Source: Candidatus Eremiobacteria bacterium
Lineage (GTDB): Bacteria > Vulcanimicrobiota > Vulcanimicrobiia > Vulcanimicrobiales > Vulcanimicrobiaceae
Direction: 5' to 3'
Assembly (NCBI GenBank): GCA_963737065.1
Contig: CAVTRC010000001.1
Location: 1,632,001 to 1,696,000 of the forward strand
DNA length: 64,000 nt
The notes under the pieces are model-generated. The model searched no databases. It saw only the letters and a list, made by a program, of their open reading frames with translations, and was not told the DNA's origin. Positions 17,749 through 28,304 of the stretch are shown piece after piece. The first letter of the stretch is position 1, and each line of letters starts with the position of its first letter. Both the position numbers and the translations under genes were made by a program.

Positions 17749-19875
17749 ATGCGTCGTCTGTTCGCCGCCTCATCGATGGCGCTCGTTTTACTTGGCGCAG
17801 CCGCACTTCGATATCCCACGCCGCCGAAAGATGCTACGGTTGACACGTACTACGGAACGAAAGTGGCCGATCCGTATCGGCCGCTCGAAAATATCGATGC
17901 GCCCGACGTCGTCACGTGGGTGCAAGCCGAACAGCACCTCACCCGCAACTATCTCGACAACATTCCGGTGCGCCAAGCGATTGCGTCGCACCTCAGAAAT
18001 ATCGCGAACTACGAGCGCGTTTCGGCGCCGTATCACGTGAAGAATCAGTATTTCTTTACGCGTAACACGGGGCTGCAGAATCAAAGCGTCTTGTACACGA
18101 TGAACGGATTGCGCGGAACACCGCGCGTACTGATCGATCCGAATACGCTCTCATCGGATGGAACCGTTGCGCTCGGCCCAACAGCGGTCAGTTGGGATGC
18201 GAAGTACATCGCGTATGCGACGCAAACATCGGGCTCGGACTGGTTGACGTGGCACGTCCGCGACATTGCGACGGGGAAAGACTTGCCCGATGTGCTGAAC
18301 TGGAGCAAGTTCGGCGACGCCGCGTGGCTGCCGGGCAACAAAAGCTTTCTTTATCCGCGCTATGCGCAGCCGGCTCCTGGTGAAGAGCGCAAAGCGGCCG
18401 CTTCGAATCAAAAAATCTATCTCCACCGCCTGGGGACTTCGCAAGGCGCCGATACGCTCGTGTACGCTCGGCCGGATCATCCGCTGTGGTATCTGAACGC
18501 CGCCGTGAGCGAAGACCAGCGGTACGTGGTGCTGACGACAAATGAAGGCACGTCGCCGAACAACCGCGTGTACGATATCGATCTGCACGACCCCAAGCGC
18601 AGCGTGCATCCCATCTTTGACTCGGCCGACGCAAACTACAACTATCTTGACAACGCCGGCTCGACGTTCTATTTTCAAACGACGAAAGACGCGCTGCGGG
18701 GACGCGTGATCGCCGTTGCTCTAGCGGCGCCGTCGCACATGCGCACCGTTATCCCGCAGCGCGATGACGCGCTGCAAACCGTGTCCACCGCCGGTCATCG
18801 CTTCTTCGCCGACTATTCCGTCGACGTCCACTCGGCGGTCAAGGTGTACGACTACGCGGGACACTTCATGCGCAGCGTTGCATTGCCCGGACCCGGCGAC
18901 GCCGCAGGCTTCGGCGGCTGGCACACGGACAAGACCGTCTACTATGCGTTCTCCTCGTACACGACGCCGACGTCGATCTTTTCCTACGATATTGCGTCGG
19001 GAACGAGCGCGCTCTACCGTAAGCCACGTGTCGACTTCGAGCCGACGCAGTTCATCACGAAAGAAGCGTTCTACCGCAGTAAAGACGGCACGCGCGTACC
19101 GCTGTGGATCTTCTACCGCAAAGGCCTGAAGCTTGACGGGAGCAATCCGACCATTCTCTACGCGTACGGCGGTTTCGACATCCCCATTACGCCGGCGTTC
19201 TCAGCGTTCCGTGCGACGTGGCTGCAAATGGGCGGCGTGTACGCGGTTGCGAACATTCGCGGCGGGTCGGAATACGGCGAAGCATGGCACGAAGCGGGCA
19301 TGCTCGGAAAGAAGCAAAACGTCTTCGACGACTTCATCGGTGCGGCGCAATATCTGATCGACCAGAAATATACGTCGACGCCGAAGCTCGCGATCAACGG
19401 CGCGTCGAACGGCGGCCTGTTGATCGGGGCGGTCGAAGTGCAGCGTCCCGATCTCTTCGGCGCGGCGATTCCGCAAGTCGGCGTGCTGGATATGCTGCGC
19501 TTCGACAAATTTACCGTGGGAAACGGCTGGATCCCGGAGTACGGCTGTTCTACGTGCGGGCAGGCGGACTTCAACTGGCTGATCAAATACTCGCCGCTGC
19601 AGAACGTCAAAGCGGCGTCGTATCCGGCGACGCTGATTATGACGGCCGACCATGACGATCGCGTTTTCCCGGCGCACAGCTTCAAATTCGCGGCCGCAAT
19701 GCAGGCCGATCAGACCGGCGATGCGCCGATTCTCTTGAGGATCGAGTCGAAAGCCGGTCACGGCGGCGGAACGCCGATAACGAAGAGTATCGAGCAGTAC
19801 GCCGACATGTACGCATTCTTGGTGGAGAATCTCAATGTTGCGCTGCCGCAAAACTTTAATGAGCGACGCGCTTAG
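17749..19875 (+). CDS. Prolyl oligopeptidase (S9A), exported
   Basis: GGAGG RBS; ADPYRPLE, YGGF, RGGSEYG, GASNGG, DDRV, AGHG catalytic-triad motifs. Confidence 0.95.
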   Translation: MRRLFAASSMALVLLGAAALRYPTPPKDATVDTYYGTKVADPYRPLENIDAPDVVTWVQAEQHLTRNYLDNIPVRQAIASHLRNIANYERVSAPYHVKNQYFFTRNTGLQNQSVLYTMNGLRGTPRVLIDPNTLSSDGTVALGPTAVSWDAKYIAYATQTSGSDWLTWHVRDIATGKDLPDVLNWSKFGDAAWLPGNKSFLYPRYAQPAPGEERKAAASNQKIYLHRLGTSQGADTLVYARPDHPLWYLNAAVSEDQRYVVLTTNEGTSPNNRVYDIDLHDPKRSVHPIFDSADANYNYLDNAGSTFYFQTTKDALRGRVIAVALAAPSHMRTVIPQRDDALQTVSTAGHRFFADYSVDVHSAVKVYDYAGHFMRSVALPGPGDAAGFGGWHTDKTVYYAFSSYTTPTSIFSYDIASGTSALYRKPRVDFEPTQFITKEAFYRSKDGTRVPLWIFYRKGLKLDGSNPTILYAYGGFDIPITPAFSAFRATWLQMGGVYAVANIRGGSEYGEAWHEAGMLGKKQNVFDDFIGAAQYLIDQKYTSTPKLAINGASNGGLLIGAVEVQRPDLFGAAIPQVGVLDMLRFDKFTVGNGWIPEYGCSTCGQADFNWLIKYSPLQNVKAASYPATLIMTADHDDRVFPAHSFKFAAAMQADQTGDAPILLRIESKAGHGGGTPITKSIEQYADMYAFLVENLNVALPQNFNERRA

Positions 19876-20438
19876 TCCCGGCGCTCGCCGGCCACATTCC
19901 GCGGTAGAAGAAGCACCGCGAGCAGTTCCTCGACGGTGGACCGCACGGTGAGGAGCGCTCGCGTGCGCGCGTGGACGAATCCGTCGCGTTCCATGCGGTC
20001 GTAGAGCGCCAGCAGATCGTCATAGTAGCCGTCGGCGTTCAGCAGTCCGACCGGCTTTTGGTGTACGCCTAATTGCCGCCACGTCAGGATTTCGTGGAAC
20101 TCGTCCATCGTTCCGAATCCGCCGGGCAGCGCGATGAACGCATCGCTGAGGTCCGCCATCAACGCCTTGCGCTCGTGCATGCTTTGCACCACGTGCAACT
20201 GCGTAATGCGGGCATTCGCGACTTCTTCCGTTGCCAGCCCCTCGGGAATTACGCCGACGACTTCTCCGCCCATTTCCAGCGCGGCATCGGCAATCGTGCC
20301 CATCAATCCAACGCGTCCGCCGCCGTAGACGATGCCGTACCCGGCCGTAACGACCGCGCGCGCGACGTGCGCCGCGATATCGCGGAAGCGACCGTCGCGT
20401 CCCGCATGCGCGCCGCAGAATATGCACAATCGAGGCAT
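19872..20438 (-). CDS. LOG family nucleotide 5'-monophosphate phosphoribohydrolase
   Basis: YGGGRVGLMG, MHERK, PGGFGTMDE. Confidence 0.93.
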   Translation of the reverse strand: MPRLCIFCGAHAGRDGRFRDIAAHVARAVVTAGYGIVYGGGRVGLMGTIADAALEMGGEVVGVIPEGLATEEVANARITQLHVVQSMHERKALMADLSDAFIALPGGFGTMDEFHEILTWRQLGVHQKPVGLLNADGYYDDLLALYDRMERDGFVHARTRALLTVRSTVEELLAVLLLPRNVAGERRD

Positions 20439-20492
20439 GGCGCTCGCCGTTTACGCAATGGAAGCCGCCACGCCTGCCGAAACGCTGTCGAC

Positions 20493-20828
20493 ATGTCCGA
20501 CGATCGTGAACTCGTGTACTCGAGTGAGACCGGTTACCAAGCGCCGTCGAAAATGAAGCAGCGAACGAAACGCACCGGCGCGAAGCCGTCGTTGCCGGAG
20601 GACGGAATCATTCGCGTTGCACGCGAGCGCCGGCGTGCGAGCGTCGTAAGCCTCGTGCATGGGCTCGACGACCGGGAAATCGACGACGTTGCGAAGGCGT
20701 TGAAACGCCATTGCGGCACGGGAGGCACGAGCAAGCATGGCGTCGTTGAAATCCAAGGAGATCACCGCGACAAAATCGTCGCATGGTTCACGGGACAAGG
20801 ACGAAAAGCAAAACCGGCGGGCGGCTAA
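20493..20828 (+). CDS. yciH: SUI1/YciH translation-initiation-related protein
   Basis: [25 protein letters not shown]. Confidence 0.88.
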   Translation: MSDDRELVYSSETGYQAPSKMKQRTKRTGAKPSLPEDGIIRVARERRRASVVSLVHGLDDREIDDVAKALKRHCGTGGTSKHGVVEIQGDHRDKIVAWFTGQGRKAKPAGG

Positions 20829-22116
20829 ATCAATCCCCGGCCCGAGCCGTTGGGAGACGGTGCGCCGGCTCTACCCATACCCGTTTCCGAAACTGCCCGC
20901 ATTTCTTCTCGACATCGCGCAGCGTTACGGCCCGATCGTTCGCTTTAGTTTGCCGTCGCGATCGTTCGTCATGCTCAACGATCCCGAGCAGATCAAAGAC
21001 GTCCTCGTGACGCAACAGCACGCCTTTCATAAGTCGGCGGGCGGACGCGCATTGCGGTGGTTACTCGGCGATGGTTTGCTGACGAGCGAAGACCCGCGCC
21101 ACAAGCAGATGCGCCGCATCGTCCAACCGGCGTTTCATGGCGAGCGCATCGCACAGTACGCGCAAACCATGCAGCGATTTGCCGACGCGTGGGTCGCGCA
21201 CATGAACGATGGGACAACGATCGACATGTCGGAATCGATGAGCGCACTGACGCTTCGGATCGCAAGTGAAACATTGTTCGGCGTCGATGCGGAGGCGGAA
21301 ACACGTATAGTTCGCGAGGCGCTGCAAGACGCGATGGAAGTCTATCCGCTCGCAATCGCACCACTCGGCGTCATACGGCGCACATTGCGCGTTCTTCCCT
21401 CGACTCGTCGATTCGAGAACGCGCGAGCGCGGTTAGATCGCATCCTCTACCGACTGATCGAAGAACGGCGCGCGCAACCGGAACAGCGAACCGACGCGCT
21501 CTCATTGATGCTCGCCGCCAAAGATCCGCAAACGGGGTACCGTTTGACCGACGAGCACGTGCGTGACGAAGCAATGACGCTGTTTCTCGCGGGTCACGAA
21601 ACCACCGCGAATGCGCTCGTGTGGACATGGTATTTACTGGCGCGCAATCCGCGCGTCGAGGCGCACCTGCATGCCGACGTAGATGCCGGAAGCAACGAGT
21701 ACGCCGGCCGTGTGCTGCGCGAAGCGATGCGATTATATCCGCCCGCGTGGATCATCGGACGCGAGGCGCGGCGCGACGTAACGCTCGCGGGCGGCTATCA
21801 CGTCGCCGCGAAAACCACCGTGTTCATCTGTCAGCTCGTTCTGCACCGGCTGCCGCAATTTTACCGTGAACCGTTACGGTTCGATCCCGACCGTTGGCTG
21901 ACGGACCAACCTCCGCAATTTGCCTATGCGCCGTTCGGAGGCGGCGCGCGGCGGTGCATCGGCGAGCAGTTCGCATTGTCCGAAGCAACGCTTTTGCTTG
22001 CAACGATCGCCCGGCGGTTCCGGTTTTCCCCTGGATTCAGCGGCGAACCGGGATATGATGCGCTGGTTACGCTTCGGCCTCGAGGACCGATGCCGATGCG
22101 CGTGCGCGCACGGTGA
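20737..22116 (+). CDS. Cytochrome P450 (start uncertain)
   Basis: [26 protein letters not shown] heme ligand; the ATG at 20737 overlaps yciH by 92 bp. Confidence 0.92.
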   Translation: MASLKSKEITATKSSHGSRDKDEKQNRRAAKSIPGPSRWETVRRLYPYPFPKLPAFLLDIAQRYGPIVRFSLPSRSFVMLNDPEQIKDVLVTQQHAFHKSAGGRALRWLLGDGLLTSEDPRHKQMRRIVQPAFHGERIAQYAQTMQRFADAWVAHMNDGTTIDMSESMSALTLRIASETLFGVDAEAETRIVREALQDAMEVYPLAIAPLGVIRRTLRVLPSTRRFENARARLDRILYRLIEERRAQPEQRTDALSLMLAAKDPQTGYRLTDEHVRDEAMTLFLAGHETTANALVWTWYLLARNPRVEAHLHADVDAGSNEYAGRVLREAMRLYPPAWIIGREARRDVTLAGGYHVAAKTTVFICQLVLHRLPQFYREPLRFDPDRWLTDQPPQFAYAPFGGGARRCIGEQFALSEATLLLATIARRFRFSPGFSGEPGYDALVTLRPRGPMPMRVRAR

Positions 22117-22179
22117 GCGACGCCGCGTTATGCGTTCGCTCGACCTAACTCAGAGCACGCGAATCCGCAACGAATCGCG

Positions 22180-23208
22180 TTACGATCGGATGAAGAACAG
22201 TCCCGCGACGCCGGCGACGTAGAGCCCGAGCACGATCAACGAATCGATGCCCGTACCAAAGAGCATCCGCTTGGAACGAAACACGGCGCCTGCGCAGTAG
22301 ACCGCCGTGAGCAGCGCGCCGAGCGCCGTAAGATATAAATCCGGTCCTTGCGCATCGGGCAGCAACGAACGGCCGCTGAGCAAGCTTCCGAGGAGAAAGA
22401 GGACCGGCAAAAACGCGTTCCCGCCGATTACGTCGCTGATTGCGAGTTCGAAGCTCCCGACTTTCACCGCCGCAAGTCCGGTCGTTACCTCCGGAAGCGC
22501 CGTTACGGCCGAAAGGAACGTTGCGCCGAAGATCACGCCGCTGATGTGGAAGCGTGCGGAGAGTTCCACGCTCGACAATTCGATTGCAACGCCGCAGACG
22601 AGCGTCGCGGCTGCCGCGAGTGCGAAAAGCCCGATTGCTCGTTGAATCGTGCAGTGCTTCACGACTTTCGGCGCCGCTTCCATCATATGCTCGTGTCCGG
22701 CGCGCCATGATTCCCGGTCTTCATTCTGCGCGGTCAACCACAGGCCGAAAAGCCAGAAGATCAAGATCGCGACTTCGACGGGCGTGATCCGGAACGCGAT
22801 CATCGTTCTCGGCAAGAGCGCACCGATCACGCAAAACATCAAGACCGAGATTACGACCATGCCTTGAACGACGATCGTAAGGGAACGTACGGCCGACATC
22901 AGCGGAATGCGTTCGCGCAGTCCCGGGCCGTCGAGTATGACGAGCACGACCGTTTGGATCGCTATGCCGCCGAGAATGTTTCCGACCGCAAGGTCCATTG
23001 AATTGGTGAACGCGCACCCAACGATAATCGCGATTTCCGGCAGATTCGTCGCAATTGCGAGGAGGATCGCGCCGCCGACGCCTTCGCCCCAACCGAAATG
23101 CGTATCGATCGCATCGGTGGTAAACGCCAGAATGATTCCGGCCCACCAAATTACGCCTGCTGCGGCAAGAAAGATAGCAAGGAGCCCCCACGTCGACAGT
23201 CCAGACAT
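22180..23208 (-). CDS. Sodium/calcium (CaCA, YrbG-like) cation antiporter
   Basis: Alpha-repeats ATNLPE/GNILGG and TALPE/IGGN; about 10 TM segments. Confidence 0.88.
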   Translation of the reverse strand: MSGLSTWGLLAIFLAAAGVIWWAGIILAFTTDAIDTHFGWGEGVGGAILLAIATNLPEIAIIVGCAFTNSMDLAVGNILGGIAIQTVVLVILDGPGLRERIPLMSAVRSLTIVVQGMVVISVLMFCVIGALLPRTMIAFRITPVEVAILIFWLFGLWLTAQNEDRESWRAGHEHMMEAAPKVVKHCTIQRAIGLFALAAAATLVCGVAIELSSVELSARFHISGVIFGATFLSAVTALPEVTTGLAAVKVGSFELAISDVIGGNAFLPVLFLLGSLLSGRSLLPDAQGPDLYLTALGALLTAVYCAGAVFRSKRMLFGTGIDSLIVLGLYVAGVAGLFFIRS

Positions 23209-23277
23209 GTGAGCCTTCTTCCCAAAAACTACGGTGTGCTAGAGTAGAACACGAAGCTGACCCCGGGAGGCACGCCG

Positions 23278-23619
23278 ATGCTTCTGTACCCGCATTCCGA
23301 CGACGCGGACTCCGATGACGATCGGCTCGAGCACCTCGCCGATCCGGAATTTACGAGGCGCCTTCGCAGAGCGAATCCCAAGTTCTTCACGCGCAGCGGC
23401 CATGGTTCCATCGCGAGGATTTTGGCAGTCGCCGGTATCGTCTCACTTCTCGCGGGATACGCGATTGCGCCCGTACTCCTCGCGCAGCGCCGTTCCGATC
23501 CGCCGTTTTTGACGACGATGGTGCGCGATGTCGCGCCCGCCTCGCCGCGCGTGCAATCGAGAAGCCCGCGCAGCGTAACGCGCGCGCGTTCGCGGTCGCC
23601 GATATGTTGCGGTCGGTGA
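23278..23619 (+). CDS. Hypothetical single-pass membrane protein
   Basis: GGAGG RBS before ATG; one hydrophobic segment. Confidence 0.6.
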   Translation: MLLYPHSDDADSDDDRLEHLADPEFTRRLRRANPKFFTRSGHGSIARILAVAGIVSLLAGYAIAPVLLAQRRSDPPFLTTMVRDVAPASPRVQSRSPRSVTRARSRSPICCGR

Positions 23620-23685
23620 TTTGCTATATCAGCGGAACGGAAATGCGCCTATAAATTCCGCAAGATGCGATGCGTTGCGGATATT

Positions 23686-25059
23686 CTAAGCAAGGACGAG
23701 TTCGTCGGCCGCGTCGCCGGCCTTTTTCAACGCTTCCGCGATCATCTGATCGGCGATCTCTTTCACCGCCCAGCGCGCTTGCGCTGCCGGCGACAGCTTA
23801 TCGACGGGATCGAAGTACACGAACGCCTTCCCTCTCTTCACGCTCGGTGCCGTGTAGACGCAGATCCCGTTTTCGCGATCGTAGTAATCGAATGAGTGGA
23901 TATCGCGCTTACCGCCGCCGCCCGGCGCATCGCAGATGAAAAGCGGCGTGTTGAACCCCGCGGTGCTGCCGCGCACGAACTTCTCGATGTCGACCGACGT
24001 TTGGATCGTCGTGCGCAACTCCTCGACGCCCTTCACCATGTCGTGCATGTAGACGTAATATGGATGCACGTTGACATACTCGAGGCGCTTCACGAGCAGT
24101 TGCATGCGTTGCGGCGTGTCGTTCACACCGCGGATGAGAACCGATTGATTGCGCACGAAGATACCGCGCTCGAAGAGCACGTTCATCGCTTTTTCGGTGA
24201 TCCACGTGATCTCTTCGGGAGCATTGAAGTGCGTGTGCAGCACGACGTCTTTGCCGATCGTCCGTCCTCGCTCGACGATCGACGTGAGCGCGTCGACCCA
24301 AGCCGTGTCGGTGATGATCTTCATCGGCATGATCGCCGGGCCTTTGGTGGCGAAGCGCATACGCCGGATATGCGGAATATCGAGCAACGCGTTTCCGATC
24401 AGTGCAATGTTCTTCGCCGGCAGCTGATATGTATCTCCGCCCGAGATGACGATGTCTTCGAGTTCCGGACGTTCGCTGATGTACTTGAACGCCTCTTCCC
24501 ATTGTTTGGGCGTCTTTGCAAGACTGACCTTATCGACGTTCTCGGTGTCCGGACCGATCGCATAACTACGCGTGCAGAACCGGCAGTACACGGGGCATGT
24601 GTTTAGCGGCAGGAACAACGCCTTGTCGACGTAGCGATGCACGAGACCGGGCACCGGCGAGTCATCCTGTTCGTGCAACGAGTCGAGCGTCAAGCGCGGA
24701 TGGTCGGGCAGAAGCGTCGACGCGAGCGGAATGAATTGCCGGCGGATCGGGTCGTTTACCGGATCGTTCCAGTCGATGAGGGAGAGGGCATACGGTGAAA
24801 CGCGCACGGCCATTGGCGCCCGGTGGAACCCCTGCTCGACGTCTTTGAAGAACTGCGGCGAGCACAGATCCTTGATGGTTGCGAGCAACTCTTGCGGTGT
24901 TTTTACCGCATTTTTTTGCTGCCACAGATGATCGAGAAACGTCCGTTCATCGATCTCGCTGTACGCGGGCACGTGACGCCAAAATTCGCCGCTTTTGAGG
25001 TTGCGGTGTTCGAACTGCGACGCCGGCGCCGGCGGTTTGAGATGTGCGATCTCGTTCAT
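23686..25059 (-). CDS. kamA: KamA-family radical SAM protein, probable lysine 2,3-aminomutase
   Basis: HRYVDK, CPVYCRFCTR, SGGD, NQSVLIRGVND, DAPGGGGK; operonic with kdd. Confidence 0.88.
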   Translation of the reverse strand: MNEIAHLKPPAPASQFEHRNLKSGEFWRHVPAYSEIDERTFLDHLWQQKNAVKTPQELLATIKDLCSPQFFKDVEQGFHRAPMAVRVSPYALSLIDWNDPVNDPIRRQFIPLASTLLPDHPRLTLDSLHEQDDSPVPGLVHRYVDKALFLPLNTCPVYCRFCTRSYAIGPDTENVDKVSLAKTPKQWEEAFKYISERPELEDIVISGGDTYQLPAKNIALIGNALLDIPHIRRMRFATKGPAIMPMKIITDTAWVDALTSIVERGRTIGKDVVLHTHFNAPEEITWITEKAMNVLFERGIFVRNQSVLIRGVNDTPQRMQLLVKRLEYVNVHPYYVYMHDMVKGVEELRTTIQTSVDIEKFVRGSTAGFNTPLFICDAPGGGGKRDIHSFDYYDRENGICVYTAPSVKRGKAFVYFDPVDKLSPAAQARWAVKEIADQMIAEALKKAGDAADELVLA

Positions 25060-25064
25060 ATCGT

Positions 25065-26129
25065 CTACCCTTTGCTCGCGTACTTCTTGTCAAAATACTG
25101 ACGGATGGGCGGATTGTCGCGCAGCGTTTGCAGCGCGACGTCGGCATGCCCCTTGGCATATCCGTTGCCGACGATCATGGTGACGTCTTTTCCGACGCCC
25201 TCAGCCCCGAGTGCCGCCGCCGTAAACGAGGTCGACATCGAGAAGAAGTAAACGACGCCGTCTTGTTTCGTGCAGAGAATCGAGCCGAGTTCGGTGTTCG
25301 CAACGTTGACGCAGTTGATCGTGATGTCGGCAAGACGCGGGGCGACGGCCGCGACTTTCTCGCTCACGTCGAGCGCGTCGCGTGCATCCGCGACGACGAA
25401 ATGGTCGACGAAGCCGCCTTCTTCCAGCAGCCGTGCCGACGGCGTGTTTTTCGAAGGTGCGACCCCGATCACCGCACCGTCCGCGCCGACGCACGCTTTG
25501 GCTTGCGCGCACGATAACATACCGCTTTTGCCGTCCGCACCGATGACGACGACCGTCTGACCGGGTTTGCAGAGGCGCTTCACCTGCGCCGGCGCGCCGG
25601 CGACGTCGAGTACGGCAAGCGCAACGTTTTCATCGATGTCGGCCGGAAGCTTTGCCCACAATCCGGATTCAAAGAGAATCGCTTTGCCCCGCACCCAGAT
25701 ACGCCCCGTCGTCACGTCGATCCGTGTGATCGCTTCGATGTACAGCGGCGTGAGCGTGAGCGAAACGAGCGATGCGATGCGTTCGCCCGCTTTGAGGTCG
25801 ATCCGATCGCGAAGGTGCTCGCCGAGTCTTAGCACGTGGCCGATGAACATGCCGCCGCTTCCGGTCACGGGATTGTGTTGCTTGCCGCGTTCACGCACGA
25901 TCCCGAGCACGTGCTCCGCGATCTTCGCTTCGTCGCTGTCGCACGCGTCGGCAATTTGCTTGAACGATGCGGAATCGATGTTGAGCACTTCAACGTCGCA
26001 GAGAATTTCGTTCTCGAGCGCGGCTGGCGTGTTGTCGAGCTTCCACGCCGTTTGCGGCATCGCACCCGGCGGCTCGATGACGCGGTGCGTTCCGAGCGGA
26101 TGAACCTTACGTTCGGATGCAATGCTCAT
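25065..26129 (-). CDS. kdd: L-erythro-3,5-diaminohexanoate dehydrogenase
   Basis: GTHRVIEP..AMPQ.AWKLDN, LNIDSASF, RGKQHNPVTGSGGM, SLVSLTLTP, FSMSTSF..AALGAEG. Confidence 0.9.
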   Translation of the reverse strand: MSIASERKVHPLGTHRVIEPPGAMPQTAWKLDNTPAALENEILCDVEVLNIDSASFKQIADACDSDEAKIAEHVLGIVRERGKQHNPVTGSGGMFIGHVLRLGEHLRDRIDLKAGERIASLVSLTLTPLYIEAITRIDVTTGRIWVRGKAILFESGLWAKLPADIDENVALAVLDVAGAPAQVKRLCKPGQTVVVIGADGKSGMLSCAQAKACVGADGAVIGVAPSKNTPSARLLEEGGFVDHFVVADARDALDVSEKVAAVAPRLADITINCVNVANTELGSILCTKQDGVVYFFSMSTSFTAAALGAEGVGKDVTMIVGNGYAKGHADVALQTLRDNPPIRQYFDKKYASKG

Positions 26130-26596
26130 GACGTAACCGAAATGCCCCCACGATCGAACGGCGTCGTCAGTACGATCGTCGTCTTGGTGCGCGCCATTCC
26201 GGGCATCGATTTCAAACGCCCGAGCAAATCATCGAGGTGCTGTGTCGAGCGCGTTACGACTTTGCACACGAAGGTCTCCTCGCCGGCGACCGAATGGATC
26301 TCGCATACCTCGGGAAGCGCGGACAGCGTGCGGGTGAATTCGTCGTAGAGGCAGTCAGGCGACGTGTAACAGCTGACGAAGGCAACAAGTTCAAGGCCGA
26401 GTCGCTTCCCGTCTAGTCTGGCGGCATATCCACGGATATGTCCGCGCTGCTCGAGGCGTTTCACACGGTCGTGCACCGCGGGAGGCTTCAGCCCGACGAT
26501 CGCACCGAGTTCGGCAAATGTTGAACGGGCGTTGCGCTGCAACGCTTCCAAAATCTGTATGTCGAGTTCGTCGAGTTCGTCGTTTGCTACTATCAT
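26126..26596 (-). CDS. Lrp/AsnC family transcriptional regulator
   Basis: LDELDIQILEALQRNAR HTH, RVKRLE, HSVAGE; ATGA overlap with kdd. Confidence 0.92.
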   Translation of the reverse strand: MIVANDELDELDIQILEALQRNARSTFAELGAIVGLKPPAVHDRVKRLEQRGHIRGYAARLDGKRLGLELVAFVSCYTSPDCLYDEFTRTLSALPEVCEIHSVAGEETFVCKVVTRSTQHLDDLLGRLKSMPGMARTKTTIVLTTPFDRGGISVTS

Positions 26597-26702
26597 TCGC
26601 CTCACCAGCGCGTCCTGGCCGCATCCGTTCGGTAAATCCACTATACCACCCATTATTTGTTCGGGCAAGGGCGGGCGAACGCCGAGCGGCGAAGCGGCTC
26701 GT

Positions 26703-28304
26703 ATGCGCCTTACGATGGTTGTGTTGCTTGCTGCGGGGCTGAGCGCGGCGGGTTGTTCCCGAACCGCCGGCACGGAGGAGCGGCCGGTGAACGTCATTCG
26801 CTTCAACGTCGCCGCGGATCCGGCATCGCTCAACCCGCTGTTTTTGCGCCCGGACGCCGCTGTTGTCGACCAGCAGCTCGCTCGCCTAGCGTTCGAGCCG
26901 TTTATCGATTTAGATGCACGCGGGCACGAGCTACCGGCACTCTTAGACCGGATCCCCAGCATTGCAAACGGTGGGGTGAGTCGCGACGGGCGGACCATCA
27001 CGTATCATCTGCGGCGCAACGTTACGTGGAGCGACGGGGTGCCCGTGACGAGCGACGACGTGCTCTACACACTTCACGCTATCCTCGATCCGCGCAATCC
27101 CGTGCGGTCCCGAGAGGGATATGACTTGATCGATCGCGCCACGGCGCGCGACCAGCACACCGTGGTATTTCATTTGAAGCGCGCGTGGGCTCCGGCCGTG
27201 ACGAGCTATTTTTCGTACGGAACATCGCCGCAATTCGTTCTTCCCGCGCACGTGCTGCGCACGCAAGAGCCCCTTGCACAGGCGCGGTTCAATGCGACGC
27301 CGGCCGTCGGCGACGGCCCGTTTGTTTTCGCATCGTGGACTCCCGGCGAATCACTGAGATACGTTCGCAATCCGAGTTACTGGCGTGGTCCCGCGAAAGC
27401 CAGATCGCTCGATATCGGCATTGCGCCGGATCCGTCAACGAATCTTGTGATGTTCCAGTCGGGAACGGTTGATTGGAATCTCATCGCGCCGGCGCAATAT
27501 AGGCTCGTCGCGCGCGACCCGCACGTACGTTTCGTGAGAACGCCGACGGCCGTGGTTGCCGCGCTCATCATGAATACCGCGCACTCGCCGCTCAACGATG
27601 CGAACGTACGCCGCGCGATCGCGATGTCGATCGATCGCACCACGATCAGCAAGAAGATCACGCTCGGGATATATCCGGTGACAAACATGCTGCAGCCGCA
27701 ATTCTCGTGGGCATTCGATCCGTCGATTCGCGAACCGCGATACGATCCTCGCGCGGCCGATACGTTGTTCGATTCCGCCGGATGGCGCCGCGGCGCGGAC
27801 GGCATGCGCGCGCGCAACGGCGTAGCGCTGCATTTCACGTACGTGCAGTTTCCCGAGTCGATGACCGGCGTTCGCGTTGCGACGGCCGTGCAAGCCGCGC
27901 TGCGCGAGCGAGGAATAGACGTGACGATCAAGAGCGTCAGCAACGCGCAGTTGTTTTTACCAAAAACGGGAACGCTCGCGAGCGGCAGGTTCGATCTCGC
28001 GTACGTTCCGTTTACCATGGGCGACGATCCGGATGACGCGTTCGTTCTTTCCTGCAGCGGTGCATCGAACTATATGCGCTGGTGCGACCGGCGCGTCGAT
28101 GCGCTCGAAGCGCGCGCGATCGCATCGGTATCCCAAAGCGAACGCAAGTCGCTCTACGGTACGATCGCGCGCATCGTAGCGCGCGACGTTCCGCTGCTCT
28201 ACCTCTTCAACGCAAACTACATCTACGCGTACGGCGAGCGCCTCTCCGGGTTTTCGCCGAATGCCTTCTTGCCGACGTGGAACGCCTGGGCATGGAAGGT
28301 CTAA
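26703..28304 (+). CDS. Peptide ABC transporter substrate-binding lipoprotein (family 5)
   Basis: Lipobox SAAGC; DGRTITYHLR...WSDGVPVTSDDV; GDGPF; VRRAIAMSIDR. Confidence 0.9.
   Translation: MRLTMVVLLAAGLSAAGCSRTAGTEERPVNVIRFNVAADPASLNPLFLRPDAAVVDQQLARLAFEPFIDLDARGHELPALLDRIPSIANGGVSRDGRTITYHLRRNVTWSDGVPVTSDDVLYTLHAILDPRNPVRSREGYDLIDRATARDQHTVVFHLKRAWAPAVTSYFSYGTSPQFVLPAHVLRTQEPLAQARFNATPAVGDGPFVFASWTPGESLRYVRNPSYWRGPAKARSLDIGIAPDPSTNLVMFQSGTVDWNLIAPAQYRLVARDPHVRFVRTPTAVVAALIMNTAHSPLNDANVRRAIAMSIDRTTISKKITLGIYPVTNMLQPQFSWAFDPSIREPRYDPRAADTLFDSAGWRRGADGMRARNGVALHFTYVQFPESMTGVRVATAVQAALRERGIDVTIKSVSNAQLFLPKTGTLASGRFDLAYVPFTMGDDPDDAFVLSCSGASNYMRWCDRRVDALEARAIASVSQSERKSLYGTIARIVARDVPLLYLFNANYIYAYGERLSGFSPNAFLPTWNAWAWKV

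Noticed and set aside
19872..22116. LOG + P450 as a cytokinin (fas-like) cluster
   Set aside because: The genes are divergent, separated by yciH, and no isopentenyltransferase is present; LOG homologs are ubiquitous.
22110..22165. Weak echo of the repeat between the convergent P450 and antiporter genes
   Set aside because: Too few matching bases to support.
26597..26702. Lysine riboswitch upstream of Lrp-kdd-kamA
   Set aside because: The gap is only about 105 bp and no recognisable L-box features are seen.
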